Shown here piece after piece: positions 40,344-53,003 of a stretch of 64,000 nucleotides of DNA; position 1 is the first letter of the stretch, and every line of letters begins with the position of its first letter. The notes beneath the pieces were generated by a model. That model had not been told where the DNA came from. It searched no databases and saw only the letters and a program-made list of their open reading frames with translations. The DNA lies in NCBI RefSeq assembly GCF_964355755.1, contig NC_092676.1, positions 25,872,871-25,936,870 on the forward strand, in the 5' to 3' direction. The translations under genes and the position numbers were made by a program. The DNA comes from Antedon mediterranea. Its lineage: Eukaryota; Animalia; Echinodermata.

Positions 40344-43300
40344 TTATTTGTCTATTTCAAAGTATTCATAATGCTTGTAGTGGTCATCACGATTGATTTT
40401 ACTTGTAAGAATCTTCCTCGCCGATTGGCTATTCAATGAACACGACATCAGATCGTTGACACTTATTGATTGACACTCTTCAATCCACTGGCATAGTCTA
40501 AGACACGTAAGTAAAGACTTATCTGGCAATGTTCTTATCACATATTCAGACATAAAAATGTTGTCGAAGAACTGCATCAATCCAATTATCTTCAGCCCTG
40601 AAAAGAGAAACCAGTGGAACCAGTGTCAGTAGTTTAGGTTACGAAATCCAATAGTGTCAGTAGTTGACATACCGAAGTACAATTGGTACAATTTAGGTTA
40701 CGATATCCAATAAATGTTCATTAATCTTTTGGCCGTTACTGTAGGTAAATGATAGTAAATACCTGTACATTCTAATGCTCCAATTGTGCTAATACCATAT
40801 TCATTACTCGAGCCCGTGTCACCATGCCGTAACTCCGTCACTGGCAGAGTAGATATATCGTCAACATATCCATCATCGTATCTCATAGTTAGATCATTTC
40901 TGCTACATTCACAAGGTTTACTTGGATCGCTGCAGTCGCCTTAAATAATAATTCCGTGTATCATAAATAAAATAAACTATTATAATAGTGATGTGCAACA
41001 TTAATTTACATACGCCTTCTTCACAGAACACACAGTGATGTAGGCTAATCTTTTAAGAACATTTTACAGTACAAAGTTTGTTTACAATTCCAATTAAAGA
41101 ACTAGAATTTAATTCGTCACTTTGACGAATTATAGGTGATCATTTTTATCATTTTAATGGAATTACCATTTTTTAAACATGCACGTACGTTAACATACGA
41201 TCGTAAAATGTAGATGTACGCCATCCTATGACATGATGCATACGCTAATAGTGCTGAGTTGTGTGATTTACAATATGTACAGTATACAGTGTAGCATATG
41301 TGAAATTACGGGACCCACATCATGTTCTAATTTTTTGGAATGATGGAATTATCAAAATAAACTCAAAGATGACAATTTCGAAAGATAATGAATTGAGCAA
41401 ATAAATATAAGAATTAGAAGAGAATTTGGCACGTAGAAGCGCTGTGCGCGCTCTTTGAAATTTGTATAACTTTGACGAAAAAGATGAAAAAACTACTTTT
41501 TAAATTCAACTGGCCATATCACAACGTCACAACATCCGATAGGCTTAATTTTTATGTGATTTCGCATCTTCATTTCATCAGCTGTCACAATGAATTAAAA
41601 TTATCAAGGTCACCTTTAATTCTGAAGAGCTGTGAGATATTCAAATATACGCTGAAGGTGAAATTACTTGACCCACATTATTCAAGTTTTTACGCGTGAT
41701 GACGTCATCAAAATGAAAATGTTGACAACTTATGAGAAAGATAATTAAATGAGCAATCATATACTAAAAATTGAGTGGAAATTGGGCACAAAATAACCGA
41801 GATGCGCTCCGTTGAATGTGATAATCTATGACGAAAGAGAAAAAAAACACATTTTTAAATTCGAGTGACCATTTGGTGACGTCAAAACATTTTGTACGTC
41901 AAATGTGTACATGAATTCATATCTACAACTCAATGGCTTCCAGAATAATTTAAAAAAAATGGGGATCATCGTGCATTCTGAAGAATTATTTTCATTTTAA
42001 AAATGCCTTATTTTTCATCATTTTCAGCACTTTTATGCAATTAATGTGCGCATTTTGTCATTTTTAACATGCTCGTATAGCGTTATTTTAAGTCGTAACG
42101 GACTCAAATTTGGTAAATGTACTAAGGATGGTGAGTAGAATGCAATTTCTACAAAAAAATCGACGTCGTATTTTTACCCTTTTTAAGAATTTTTTGAAAC
42201 ACGCAAATGGCCTAATTCATGCTCTAAATTGATCAAAACTTAATTTTGAGCTTTTTAAATTTTTAACGCGCGATTTCATGCGTATGACCCTACGTGCGCG
42301 TGCCTTTTATTGGTTAATATTTTTACCTTTTATCTGAAGTTCACGTATAGTGAATTTTATTGATATGTGATAAAGAGTTATGGCGATATGATTGATAATG
42401 TGATTTAACTGACGTATAAATGACGTCACGGTTGAGTGATCACGCTGAAAAGCTTATTAGGATTAAGTTACAGTATTTGAAAGATATTGTGAAAATTTTG
42501 TCATCTTCAACATTCAACTTTTTGAGATAATTGTTACACAAAATCTGTACAGAGAGAAATAAAGAATAAAGATTTCATACAATAACAATAGGTGATCATT
42601 TTATTCTAAATGATCACCTAATTACGAATTTTTGTGTACCTTGTCCTCGCCGCGCGCTATCTTATTTGTGCTGGTTACGCTTCCTCGCACAGCATTGTTT
42701 GTCATCGATTGCAGATGTCTCCTGATACATGGAAAGGCCTGTCTAATGGTCATTTGGGTTTGACAAAACTGCTTTTTTAATTGTGCATTATGAATGATTT
42801 TATATATATCCAATTTTAAAAACAGCAAGGCCTGTTTGATAGCCTTGGTTAGTAGTCGCATCCTTTAAAGACTGGAAAACGTAAAATAAACTATATTTAC
42901 CATCCCCACCTACCACACGACACAACAAAACAGAATGCTAAGCTTACCTCTATATGCGCATGCACATCCATAGAAACCAGTTGGACTTGCCCAGTTGTAC
43001 ATAGCGGTACCATTGCGCGCTACCCAATAGCCATGCGGTATATTATATGCATTATGGCAGTCATACTGTAGAAAAAAATGATTGGTTTACGAACACTGTA
43101 TTGCAAGTTTAGGTGACTGCTAGTTTGTTTGCCTAATAAAGCATATCGATACCTGCTTGGGCAAAGTTATCTAGATATATAATAAACAAAACAAATGTTA
43201 AAGATACCATAATGAAAAAAATACAAAATCATCCTACTCTAATATACTGTCGACATGAGGTTGATGACTCCATTAACGCTACAATCTGCGCAATAGACAT

Positions 43301-44254
43301 CCCGTACGTAATGTCGTGTACGAACGAACCTTTTTCTTCATATCCATTGACCGCGATAACAAGCTTACATGTCGGTGTTATAATAGTTCTACCTGTGTAA
43401 TGAAAAATAATGACACTTTACTTTAGTATTACTATCCGTATCAGTCATGAGTCGCATAGTGCGCTGTGAATTTAATTTCACGTGACGCGCATGCGCAGAT
43501 ACTCTTGCGGAATTATTCCTGTTCCGGGTACACTACACTAGTTGTCACCCTGCGTATTCTTGTAAACAAAAAATCGTATGACGTAAATTATAAATCAGGA
43601 AGTAACATTGTTTACAAATGTAATGAGCCGGCAGCCACAGAGCGCTTAAATCCCAACCCAAAAGCAGTTCATGTTATGTACAATTAATAGTGATACCCCA
43701 TGTGTGTGTTTGTGTGGATGCGTGCAGTAGCAAACGAAACGAACGTATAACGAACAACCATACGAACTATCTCTACTAATGTGGTTTGTGTTTATAAACA
43801 CAAACCACAAAACCCCGGAGTTTACACACACCACAAAACCCCGGAGTTTACACACACCACAATACCCCCGGAGTTTACACACACCACAAAACCCCTGAGT
43901 TTACACACACCACAAAACGGCGGAGTTTACACACACCACAAAACGGCGGAGTTTACATACACCGCCAAACCCTGGAGTTTACACACACCACAAAACGCTG
44001 GAGTTTACACACACCACAAAACCCCGAAGTTTACACACACCACAAAACCCCGGTGTATGTAAACTGATTTAGCGATGTGTGAGAGTATGTTAAGATTACC
44101 TGTCAACTTTCCATCTATAACTTCGCATTCCACATAGAACGGTTCAACACCTTTTTTAAGTCCATCCGGATCAACAAGTAATGGATCGTTATAATTACCT
44201 CTTTCATCGAAAATAAGATGTTGGCAATTTTGTGGAACATATGAGGTGTTTGCC
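40344..44254 (-). CDS. Copy A: Caspr/neurexin-IV-type fibrinogen-like domain + PAN/apple domain protein (start codon unresolved)
   Basis: Minus-strand exons 44254-44100, 43392-43238, 43065-42948, 40939-40763 and 40597-40344, all AG/GT and in phase. Translation: ...PQNCQHL...VDPDGLKKGVEPFYVECE...VNGYEEKGSFVHDITY...SCRQYIRYDCHN...YWVARNGTAMYNWASP...CACAY...CECSRND...DDGYVDDISTLPVTELRHGDTG...TIGALECTG, then a PAN-like SLLTCLRLCQWIEECQSISV...CSLNS. DPDG, CxQxIxYxC and LPVTxLRxGDTG match the fibrinogen-like segment of contactin-associated proteins. It is not full-length CNTNAP. Confidence 0.75.
41101..42623 (-). mobile_element. Helentron/Helitron2-type non-autonomous element (HINE-like) in intron 3 of copy A
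   Basis: On the minus strand the 5' hairpin is ATTAGGTGATCATTT...AAATGATCACCTAT. The same TGATCACCTA sub-terminal repeat recurs near the other end, followed by a 9-bp stem AATTCGTCA-nnn-TGACGAATT and a CTAGT terminus. The element is absent at the homologous site of copy B (~53705). Confidence 0.7.
43797..44055. repeat. Intronic minisatellite (~25-bp ggagtttacacacaccacaaaaccc-type unit), copy A
   Basis: Tandem array in intron 1. Homologous arrays of different length are at 57049-57318 and 62479-62796. Confidence 0.9.
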
Positions 44255-44564
44255 CTGAAAGCCAGATGAATGCATACCAACACTGTTCGAAAAAAACCCT
44301 GTATTATATACTCCTTCTCTAGACTCCTGGTCTAGCGCATTTATTTGTACAGCAAATAGGCCAGCCGCCCGAAGTACATATATATTATTTACACAAATTA
44401 ATACAGAAATATTTCTTTTTGTAAATGCACAATAAAATTAATTTCGGCATATTTTCAATTAAAGTAATATTTCTTATCTTCAGAAGGAAAATTATAAAAC
44501 GTAACTGGTAATTATTATTATTATAATAACTCTTGACATAACTCATAATTTTGTTATATATATA

Positions 44565-46193
44565 TGTGACCCGATCTCGCAAAACCCTCTCTTTGTCGGC
44601 AATTCAAAATTCACGTAATCAGTCAAAATACGTCCAATTCGACTACCCTGGCAGATTACATGTTTTTGCATTTTCGAAATATTTCATTATTTAAGAATAC
44701 GTCTACCTGATTTAAACTCCCGAAATTTAATTAAAATTATGAAAAAAGAAAGTTTTAAAAACATGTATTTTCCTCAAGCCTAACAATTTATTCACGATCT
44801 ACGCTAAAATTTTGCGTAAATTCAGTTGAAAGTTGCAGAGTTTGACGACATTTTGATCGCCACTTCGCTGCACAATGTTGAAAGGTCACACATCAAAATA
44901 AAGCTCATCCATTTGACATTCCAAATATGGAAGTTTTAGGGCGGAGTTTAAAGAAGGAACCAATGAAAACTTTGATTTACTATGACATAATTTCAGAAAA
45001 TTCGGTTCTTCGAAGTTTCTGGAACAGCGAACTGCGTGTGTTGCTATGGCGCATCATCGCAATAACAAACGTTATTGGTCAACGCGCTAGATGTTATACG
45101 CTCTACGCGCGGAAATAAAAAGTTGTTTACATTTTTGTGAGGTTATTTTTATTTTACACACAGCATGTCGTAAATTGGAATAAAAACGATTTTAATATTC
45201 AAAGTAAAGTGTTCGGCGTGTTCTACAATAGCTGTAGCATGTATTTGTTTATTCTATAGTATAATAGAAGTCAAAAACAATTCACGTCATAAATTCAATT
45301 GTATTTTCTATATTTGTTTGGGCTAGGCCTTAATTTTATTATGGTTGTAGGCCTACTACTACTAGGCCTACTTGTCAATAAAAAGTTTTCTTTATACATT
45401 TTATATATCCAATCGGCTCTTAATTATTTATTTAATTTATTGTCCAGTCCATTCATATTAAATGTTTTTTTAAATCAATGGATTAGAGTCCAAACATTAC
45501 AGCGAATCTTCCACGTTATAAAAAAAATAAATGTATTAAATCGTCAATACAATGTTAGTAGCTAGCAAGCTGTGACTCTGCAAGGCGCCAAACTTGTCTA
45601 GGCTAGTTTACTACTAACTCCGGCCCAGTGTCGATGCACCGCTGCCATACACGGCTTGATGAACACCCATCAGTAACTAAGTCTTACAGGCGATGACGGC
45701 GAAAATCTGAATAGGCCTAGCTAGGCCTACTAGGCCTGCTTGGTTTTTTGCTGTTGATATCGTAAACACCTACGAAACCAGTTAAAATAAGCTTGACGTT
45801 ATAATGCTGCTTTTCAATAGTGCAAAATAGTTAATTCGAGGTTAAAACGGGGTCTGAAATCAGTCAAATTGACTATGATGTGCACGCTGCTATTATATCG
45901 CACACACTTCCTGGTATGACGTCATTGTGCCTTAGACCAAAATACCGCGTTGCTACGGAGTGAGTTTTCAGCGCGTATCAAAAAGAATTTCATTGCAAAC
46001 TTCAAACGCGATTTTCTCGTAAACTAATTGAATGATTTGTAAGTTTTTAAAATGTAATAACTTTTTAAATATTTACTCAATTTTTATGAAATTAACACCA
46101 CTACAAAGCTTATGATTAAAATAATCCAAATATATAAAAAAATACAAAATGAATATTTCCGACAAAAGTAGGGTTTTGCCAGATCGGGTCACA
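44565..46193. mobile_element. Non-autonomous TIR element inserted in a (TA)n tract
   Basis: TGTGACCCGATCTCGCAAAACCCT...AGGGTTTTGCCAGATCGGGTCACA, with a TIR of ~35 bp and few mismatches, flanked by TATA. Empty sites are at ~57825 (B) and ~63305 (C). Superfamily not determined. Confidence 0.8.
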
Positions 46194-46229
46194 TATATAT
46201 ATTTTTTTTGCAGTGCATTTAAACATTTA

Positions 46230-46745
46230 TTTCTCATAATACAATAATACTTACATTAACAAACATAAACTTAAAAACCTCATACCATCTACCCCTTTCA
46301 TACTCGATATCAAGAATTCCTAGACGAAATTTAGTTAAAAATTGTCTATGTTTACAATTTTTGATTTCAGACAAATAATTTTCTATATGAATTATTGTTT
46401 GTTTACATTTTGTAAAATAACATAAACGCGAGTGTGTACTCAATAAATTGTTGTTGTTCAATATCCTGTGAATGTAATTTAATTTAATTTATAATGTTGT
46501 TATCAATATTTTGTTGCAACCAAACATAACCAAAACCAATTCCGGCTTTCTTAGTTGAAACAAATAGTTTAAAATTTTTTAACGGAAATCTACCAAGTTG
46601 AACCTGTTACAGTTGAGGCATGTTTTACTCCTTCCAACAGATATCAACAAAACTTATTCATTACAGTGTCCAATATATAGATATTTTGAAAACCCCAGAT
46701 TTCACAACCAAATAAGGTGATAGGTAAAATGTTAGCTTAAAAAAT
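46230..46745 (-). mobile_element. Degenerate non-LTR retrotransposon ORF2 C-terminal fragment (RTE-X-like)
   Basis: Minus-strand peptides GCEIWGFQ...NKFC*YLL...LGRFP, GFGYVWLQQ and YLSEIKNCKHRQFLTKFRLGILDIEYERGRW. The fragment was duplicated with the gene. Confidence 0.6.
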
Positions 46746-49554
46746 AACATTCCAGATATTTAATAGGAAGATAAGTAGCTTCAGAGCTTTGATAATCTGC
46801 GTTTGTTGTTCTCATTTTAAATTATTTTTCTTAAGTTTAATTAACCGTTTGCATTGATTTCTGTTAGCAACGGTCAATGCTAATTTCTGTCGCATAGCTG
46901 TTTTTAGTTTCTTTTAGTTTTTGCCAAAATGTTCTTGAATTGTTGGCATTCAGAGATTGGATAATCTGCGTTTGTTGTTCTCGTATAAAATTATTTTTCT
47001 TAAGTTTAATTAACCGTGTGTATTATTTTCTATTAAGTTTATATTTACTAAGTGTAATAGCGAAATGTATTTAAGCTTCTCATTCGTATATACATTTAGC
47101 TATGTGAGACAGAGGAGTAAGAATGAGATACATTATTTTTCAACAAAAAGTAATTGGAACTTTTAACAATGTGTCATATTAAGCGCTTTCGAGAGCAATA
47201 CAACGCATTCAGTATTTTGGAAATGATACCGTACGGTAAGGTTAATAGATATAGTAGAAATAATCGGGAAAGTGGCAATAAATTTCCATATTCACACCTC
47301 GGTTGGAAAAAGATATTTACAGAGAAAAGTAAGAAGTAATAAGTCAAAAGAAACGAATTTAAATATTATATGTACTTGGACTGTAGTCATAAAATGATAT
47401 TGATAGTGTTATGGTGCACAGTAGGCTATATTGAAATATAGGTGAACAAGAATGTATAGAAAACTATTTTTTTAGAAAGGATTGCATAAAAACAGTTTTT
47501 TTACATCAGTAAAAGGTAATAAATTCAAGAATTGGTTAAAGAATAATTGTACTATCATTATTATTATCATTTTAAAATGGTTTTTAGAAAAAAGAATATA
47601 AAAACATACATAAAAATGTTACTCAAAAGAAAGAATTTAAGTGATGGTATTAGATAATTCCATCCATTTTATTTTGAAATGAAAATATTATATAATTTTT
47701 TTTAAACTTACCCATGACGGCAACTTGATAATTGGACATTTTGCCAGACTAAAAAAATTACAGGTCTGGTATCTATGGTGAATCATGGTATTCTGTTTAT
47801 TTCTAATATTCCGGTACGCAATTATTGCAGTTCACCTGTACACTATTACAGTAATTATAAAGTCATAAAATCATACATTTATTTAATCCATCAATCAATA
47901 TTATTGTTAGCGTCTAGTAACAATCCAACAAATGTATATTAAATATCATTGCTCCATATAGATATGTTTGTATAATTGCATTTGTATAATTAAACTTTAA
48001 AGAAAGTCACCATTTATGATTATATAGTACTTCAATTTATATGAAATATAGATATAATTGCCTTGATATAATTAAACTTTAAAGAAAGTTAACATTTGTG
48101 ATTATATAATTCTGCAATTTATATCAAATATAAATATAATTGCCTTGATATAATTAAACTTTAAAGAAAGCCAGCATTTGTGATTATATAATTCTGCATT
48201 TTTTTTTTAAATATAAATATAATTGCCTTGATATAATTAAAGTTTAAAGAAAGCCAACATTTGTGATTATATAATGCTTCAATTTATATGAAAGATAACA
48301 AAAAAAAACAATTGGTATGTATAGTAGGCGCAACGAAAGTGAGTTAACCAATCACAAGCGACAGTTCGGATCATCCAACAAAAAGTATAGATAATTTATC
48401 TATAAAGCTTAAGCCAACTTGCCCGGGTAAATAACTAAACTTAAACAGGTTCTAAGACTCAAGGGTTTTACTCTCTTACAGTTTCAAATTCAATTTTATT
48501 TATAGTTCTACATTTAATTAATAAAAAGAAAAGAATAAATTTTGGTTGTTGATACAACTCGATAGAATGTTTTCCGTATCCGAATAATAGTTCTTTAGTT
48601 CCAATATATAATTTTATTTCTTTAGATGTTTGATGAATAACATTTACTTTAGATAGATATGTAACAAAAAAAATGAAATAAAGGTGAGTGGATCTCACAA
48701 AAAGGAGGGTAAAACATTTACTTTAGATTGTTTTAAACATTTTCCAGGTGTTCGATGTATTTAATATTACAGTATTTGTGTGGCAACGAAGTTAATATTA
48801 ACAAAGTAGAAATTATCAGTTATCACTTCAGGTAAATTTATCTTTTTAATTAACAATTTAAAATAATTAAAACAATACATAGATATGGTAGTTGGATAAA
48901 ACTTCAAGAAAAATAAACTTAAAAAGAAAGAAATTCAAATTATGGACTTATACGATCTCAAAGACTGGCAACGAATTAAAAAGATTAAAAAAATTAAAAC
49001 GTTAATTTGTTTCGATCTGTTTTTTTAAGTTGTTGCTTTTCTTAAATGTAATTACAAATAATTTTTTTTATAATCTAGCAAAAATTTTCTGATAATGGTC
49101 CATCAAAATAAAAATTAAAACGCAGTGACCATGGTTACTGTGATTATTGTATTGAACGTCAATAGTTGAATCGGTGTCTTGTTGAGTATTCTTAATTAAA
49201 GATGACAAAATGATAACACTGCACTATAATTGTATGTTAAAGATCTCTCATCAGATGGAATAACTTAAATTACAATTTTAAATATTTCAATTTTATTCGT
49301 TCGTATACATTGTACACTTATTATAAGTATTTGATAAATAAGATAGGAAACCTGAAAAAGCTGAAAAGCTGTTAAAGATCTCTCATCAGATGGAATAACT
49401 TAAATTAAAATTGTACACTTATTATAAGTATTTGATAAATAAGCTGAGCTTCACTGGACCAGTCCGAAAACGAAAACGATAATGTAATAAACCAAGCCCG
49501 GTTGCTGCGGAGGAAAAGAGGAGATATTTCAGATGTCAAATGTCATAATTAACA

Positions 49555-49860
49555 AGGTTACTTGTCGGTGTTATAATAGTTGTACCTTAGAAAACTAATA
49601 CATATTTACATTTTTATTTACTGTTTTACTTTTACGTCATAAGAAATCCTACAAATGCAGTACATAACCAAACGATGAGTCACATAGTGCACTGTGAATT
49701 TATTTTCACGTGATGCGCAGACACTTTGGCGGAATTAATCCTGTTCCGGGTACACTACACTAGCAACTCTGCGCATTCTTCTAAACAAAAATTATAAATC
49801 GAGAAGTAGCATTGTTTACAAATGTAATGAGCCGGTGGCAACCCAAAAGTAGTTCCTTCT
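49555..49860 (-). pseudogene. Decayed remnant of another paralog (edge of exon 2 plus intron 1)
   Basis: tgtcggtgttataatagttgtacct...gagtcacatagtgcactgtgaattt...ctgttccgggtacactacactag...aaatgtaatgagccgg is collinear with 43370-43670. Confidence 0.6.
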
Positions 49861-50179
49861 CAGTATAATTCGTTTGGTTTTTCATTTTTCCAGGTTCGAG
49901 GAATTTCCTAAATGTATATGAGAAGTTGTTACATTTCCAAAGCATTTATATCAGTTTTTTTGCAGACAAAAAATATTCAATAACAATTTAAAATGAATAC
50001 CAAACAAGAAAAAGCTTAAGATATAGAAATGGATAAACTTAACAAAAAAAAAACCAACATAGAAACATAAAAAGTAGGGGTGGGGGGGGGGGGATAAAAA
50101 AATGGACCTAACTTAACATTAATGTTTTTGTAGGAACATTTTTCGGAGAATGACAAATAATTATGTAAGGAAGACAAGA

Positions 50180-51815
50180 AGTCCTTTACATAAAGCCCAA
50201 ACGTCATGCAAACATGCCCATAATTGAAACCATTCGTGTGGGAGACGCCTATATCATTCCATCGTCTCAGGTATGTAATGTCGGCGTAACATTTGACTCC
50301 GCTTGATCCATGAATAGGCATATCACCAATATTAGCCGAGCAGTTTCTTTTCAACTCCGGAACATCAGGGTAGTTAGACGTTTCTTAAACGAAGATGCTA
50401 CATTAAAGCTAGTGCATGCCCTAGTAACATCCACATTGGACTATTGTAATGGAGTTCTTTATGGATTGCCTCAAAAATATGTTAGAAGACTTCAATTAAT
50501 AGTGCTGCCCGTCTCGTCACTCGGACACCTAAATTTCAACATATCACCCCTGTTCTCCGTCGTCTCCATTGGCTCCCTGTTGAAAAGCGTATTGTTTTCA
50601 AACTAAACTTGACAGACTATTCAAACTCCAAAAGAAGGCAGTCCGTATATGTACCCAATCAAATTATCTTTCACATGCTAAACCGCTTTTCCATGATCTA
50701 AACACCCTAAATATCTTTGACATAAACAAATTACAGACAGCCCTTTTCATGTATCGACTTTCCAATAACACACTTCCTAATACCTTAAAAAAATTTTTTC
50801 AAAAAAATAACAAGCTTCACAATTATAATACCCAAAATTCAAACAAATACATCCAATCTAACCTAAATCGAAACTCTTCCCGAAATTCATTCATCCACAC
50901 AGTCCCCTTACTATGGAACTCCCTTTATTTGATTATAGTTTCATTACATTTAAATCAAAATACAAAAAATACCTAATATCAAAATACAAACCCAACTTAA
51001 TTTTAAACACCTCTTTTACCCTTATTTATTTGTTTGTTTGTCTTGTCTTCGTCTATACCTGGTCTCTTGCGTAGTGTATGTACCGTCTGTAACCCTGTTT
51101 GTCTCTGTCGATGAACATTGATCCAAATTGTTTTATAATAACTTTTTTCCTGGTGGAACCTGTCTGAGTTTCTCCAGATACAAGGCATTAACTATTTATT
51201 TTTTCATATTTGGTCAACATATTTTGAATTTTGCTTTGTGTAAATAAAATGAATGAAAGTTATTTTATTTGTTTTCAAATCCATTCATCATTAGTCCCCA
51301 GCATATATTTCAGAGTTAATCAAGTTTCGCTCGGCGACCTGTACTCGTTCCCTCCGGTCAACGTCTGACTTAACCACTCTTGACTATCCACGGTGTAGAT
51401 TGAAGTCATGTGGGGATCGATCTTTCGTGGTCGCTGCTCCAAAATTGTGGAACTCTTTGCCTTTGGTGATTCGTGAGTCTCCCTCCGTTTCGATCTTCAA
51501 AGCTCACTTGAAGACTCGCTTGTTTCGTTCTGTGTGAATTCATTATTTTTCATATACATTTTATTCATTTTATTGTTTTGTTAGGCAGTACAGTCAGATG
51601 CTCACATCACTATGACACTTGTGAATAAATAGCTAGCTTGTCTTGACAAGTTAGTGAAACAGTGTGGTGATGTCAGATTCCGTTTTCGGACTTTTTTCTG
51701 TTGTCTTGGTCAATTTATTCGGTTTAATTTCATGGTTTATTTTACATCATCATTTTCATTTTCACACTTGTGCTAAACAGCGCATAGAGACAATTTGTAT
51801 TTTGCGCTATATAGG
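50180..51815 (+). mobile_element. L2-clade LINE 3' fragment interrupted by a second LINE
   Basis: RNIRVVRRFLNEDATLKLVHALVTSTLDYCNGVLYGLP...HITPVLRRLHWLPVEKRIVFK resumes at ~51259 as VILFVFKSIHH.SPAYISELI...GDRSFVVAAPKLWNSLP...FKAHLKTRLF. An L2-type tail cagcgcatagaga...gcgctatata is at ~51778-51812. Confidence 0.8.
50603..51258 (+). mobile_element. CR1-group (Crack/Daphne-like) LINE 3' fragment nested in the L2
   Basis: LDRLFKLQKKAVRIC...HAKPLFHDLNTLNIFDI...FMYRLSNNTLP...HNYNT...LLWNSL, then a 3' UTR ending taaataaaatgaatgaaa. Confidence 0.7.
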
Positions 51816-52619
51816 CCTAAATTTAAACCATTAAACCATTAGATAAATCGCATAGATACTGTGATTACTTTTATTGAACGTCAATCTTCTGTTGTGTGTA
51901 CAGTATTCTTAATTAAAGATAACGTATTGAGTACATTTTATCAAATTTCATTATAATTGTATGTTAGTTAAAATTGAAATGATTGTATATTTCAATTATT
52001 CGTTCATATAAAATTATACTTATAATAAGTATATTAATATAATTAAACAAGAACGAGCGAAATGCATAGACCAAGAAATCTGATTTGGATGCATGAGAGG
52101 AGGTGACAACAGTAAATTTGGTATAATAACCCATACCTGTTTATTTTTAATTTTAATGTCAATCTTTGTTTAGTGGTTACGGTATAGAGTTTCTTCTCGC
52201 AAACAGTTGTTATAAGTACTAACGACAGAAAATAAATTCAACAATAACACTCTCTTGCTATAACCTAACCTTACATGATACAGGCAACACATGTGATACA
52301 ATTGAGAATCTTTATTACCGAATATTCCTATGATATTAGGAGAATATGTGGAGAATCGGGTAAATATCCCTCAAAATGAAATAGGTAGAACAATTTAAGA
52401 ACTTACACAAATAAATTGTTTGTTATGACATAAAACATTTAAAAAATGATAAATTCAAATTTAAAATGATGGTCCTATACTTTTACTATGATTCAATAAT
52501 AATTTACAATTAACCAGTAGGCCTACATTCTTTGTCTAGCTGTTTTTTTTTCTGGCACTATTTTAGTCACTAGTTTCGTATGTTGGACCATCCTCTACGT
52601 TGCTCTGTCACTACTACTA

Positions 52620-52930
52620 AAGCTTGGTCCCCACTAAAGCGTGGTTCCCACTAGAACGCAACGCAACGACGTATCGACGCAAAGTGCTGTATTGCATATT
52701 CAAGTGAGAACTGACGACCCAACAATGCTGCAAACATAGCAGGATTTATTTCACGCAGGCGGGGCAAACACAATTATAGGAAGGGCATTTCCTTACGTTG
52801 CGTAGATTGTGTTGCGTTATTGCGTCGCTAGTGGGAACAACGCAAGGACATAACGCAATGCAAGTGATTTTACCAGGGAAGAGTGAAATGTCCCTGATTT
52901 GACCAATCATAAGCAATGGATTATTCAAAC
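52620..52930. mobile_element. MITE family 3, nested or rearranged copies
   Basis: agcttggtccccactaaagcgtggttcccactagaacgcaacgcaa...gcgtcgctagtgggaac, followed by further family sequence. Confidence 0.55.
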
Positions 52931-53003
52931 AGTCGTCTGTCATTGTTCAACTCGATTCACTCAAGAATAGGCCTACTGTGTTAAATATGCAGTAAATAAC
53001 AAC

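Noticed and set aside
43781-44062. HTTKP/YTHHK repeat ORFs (also 56863-57325 and 62293-62814)
   Set aside because: Translations of an intronic minisatellite, open in several frames and antisense to the real gene.
50592-51279. Apparent 11-bp TSD ttgttttcaaa around the nested LINE
   Set aside because: Both copies are explained by the host L2 coding sequence (IVFK...FVFK). The true resumption point is ~51259.
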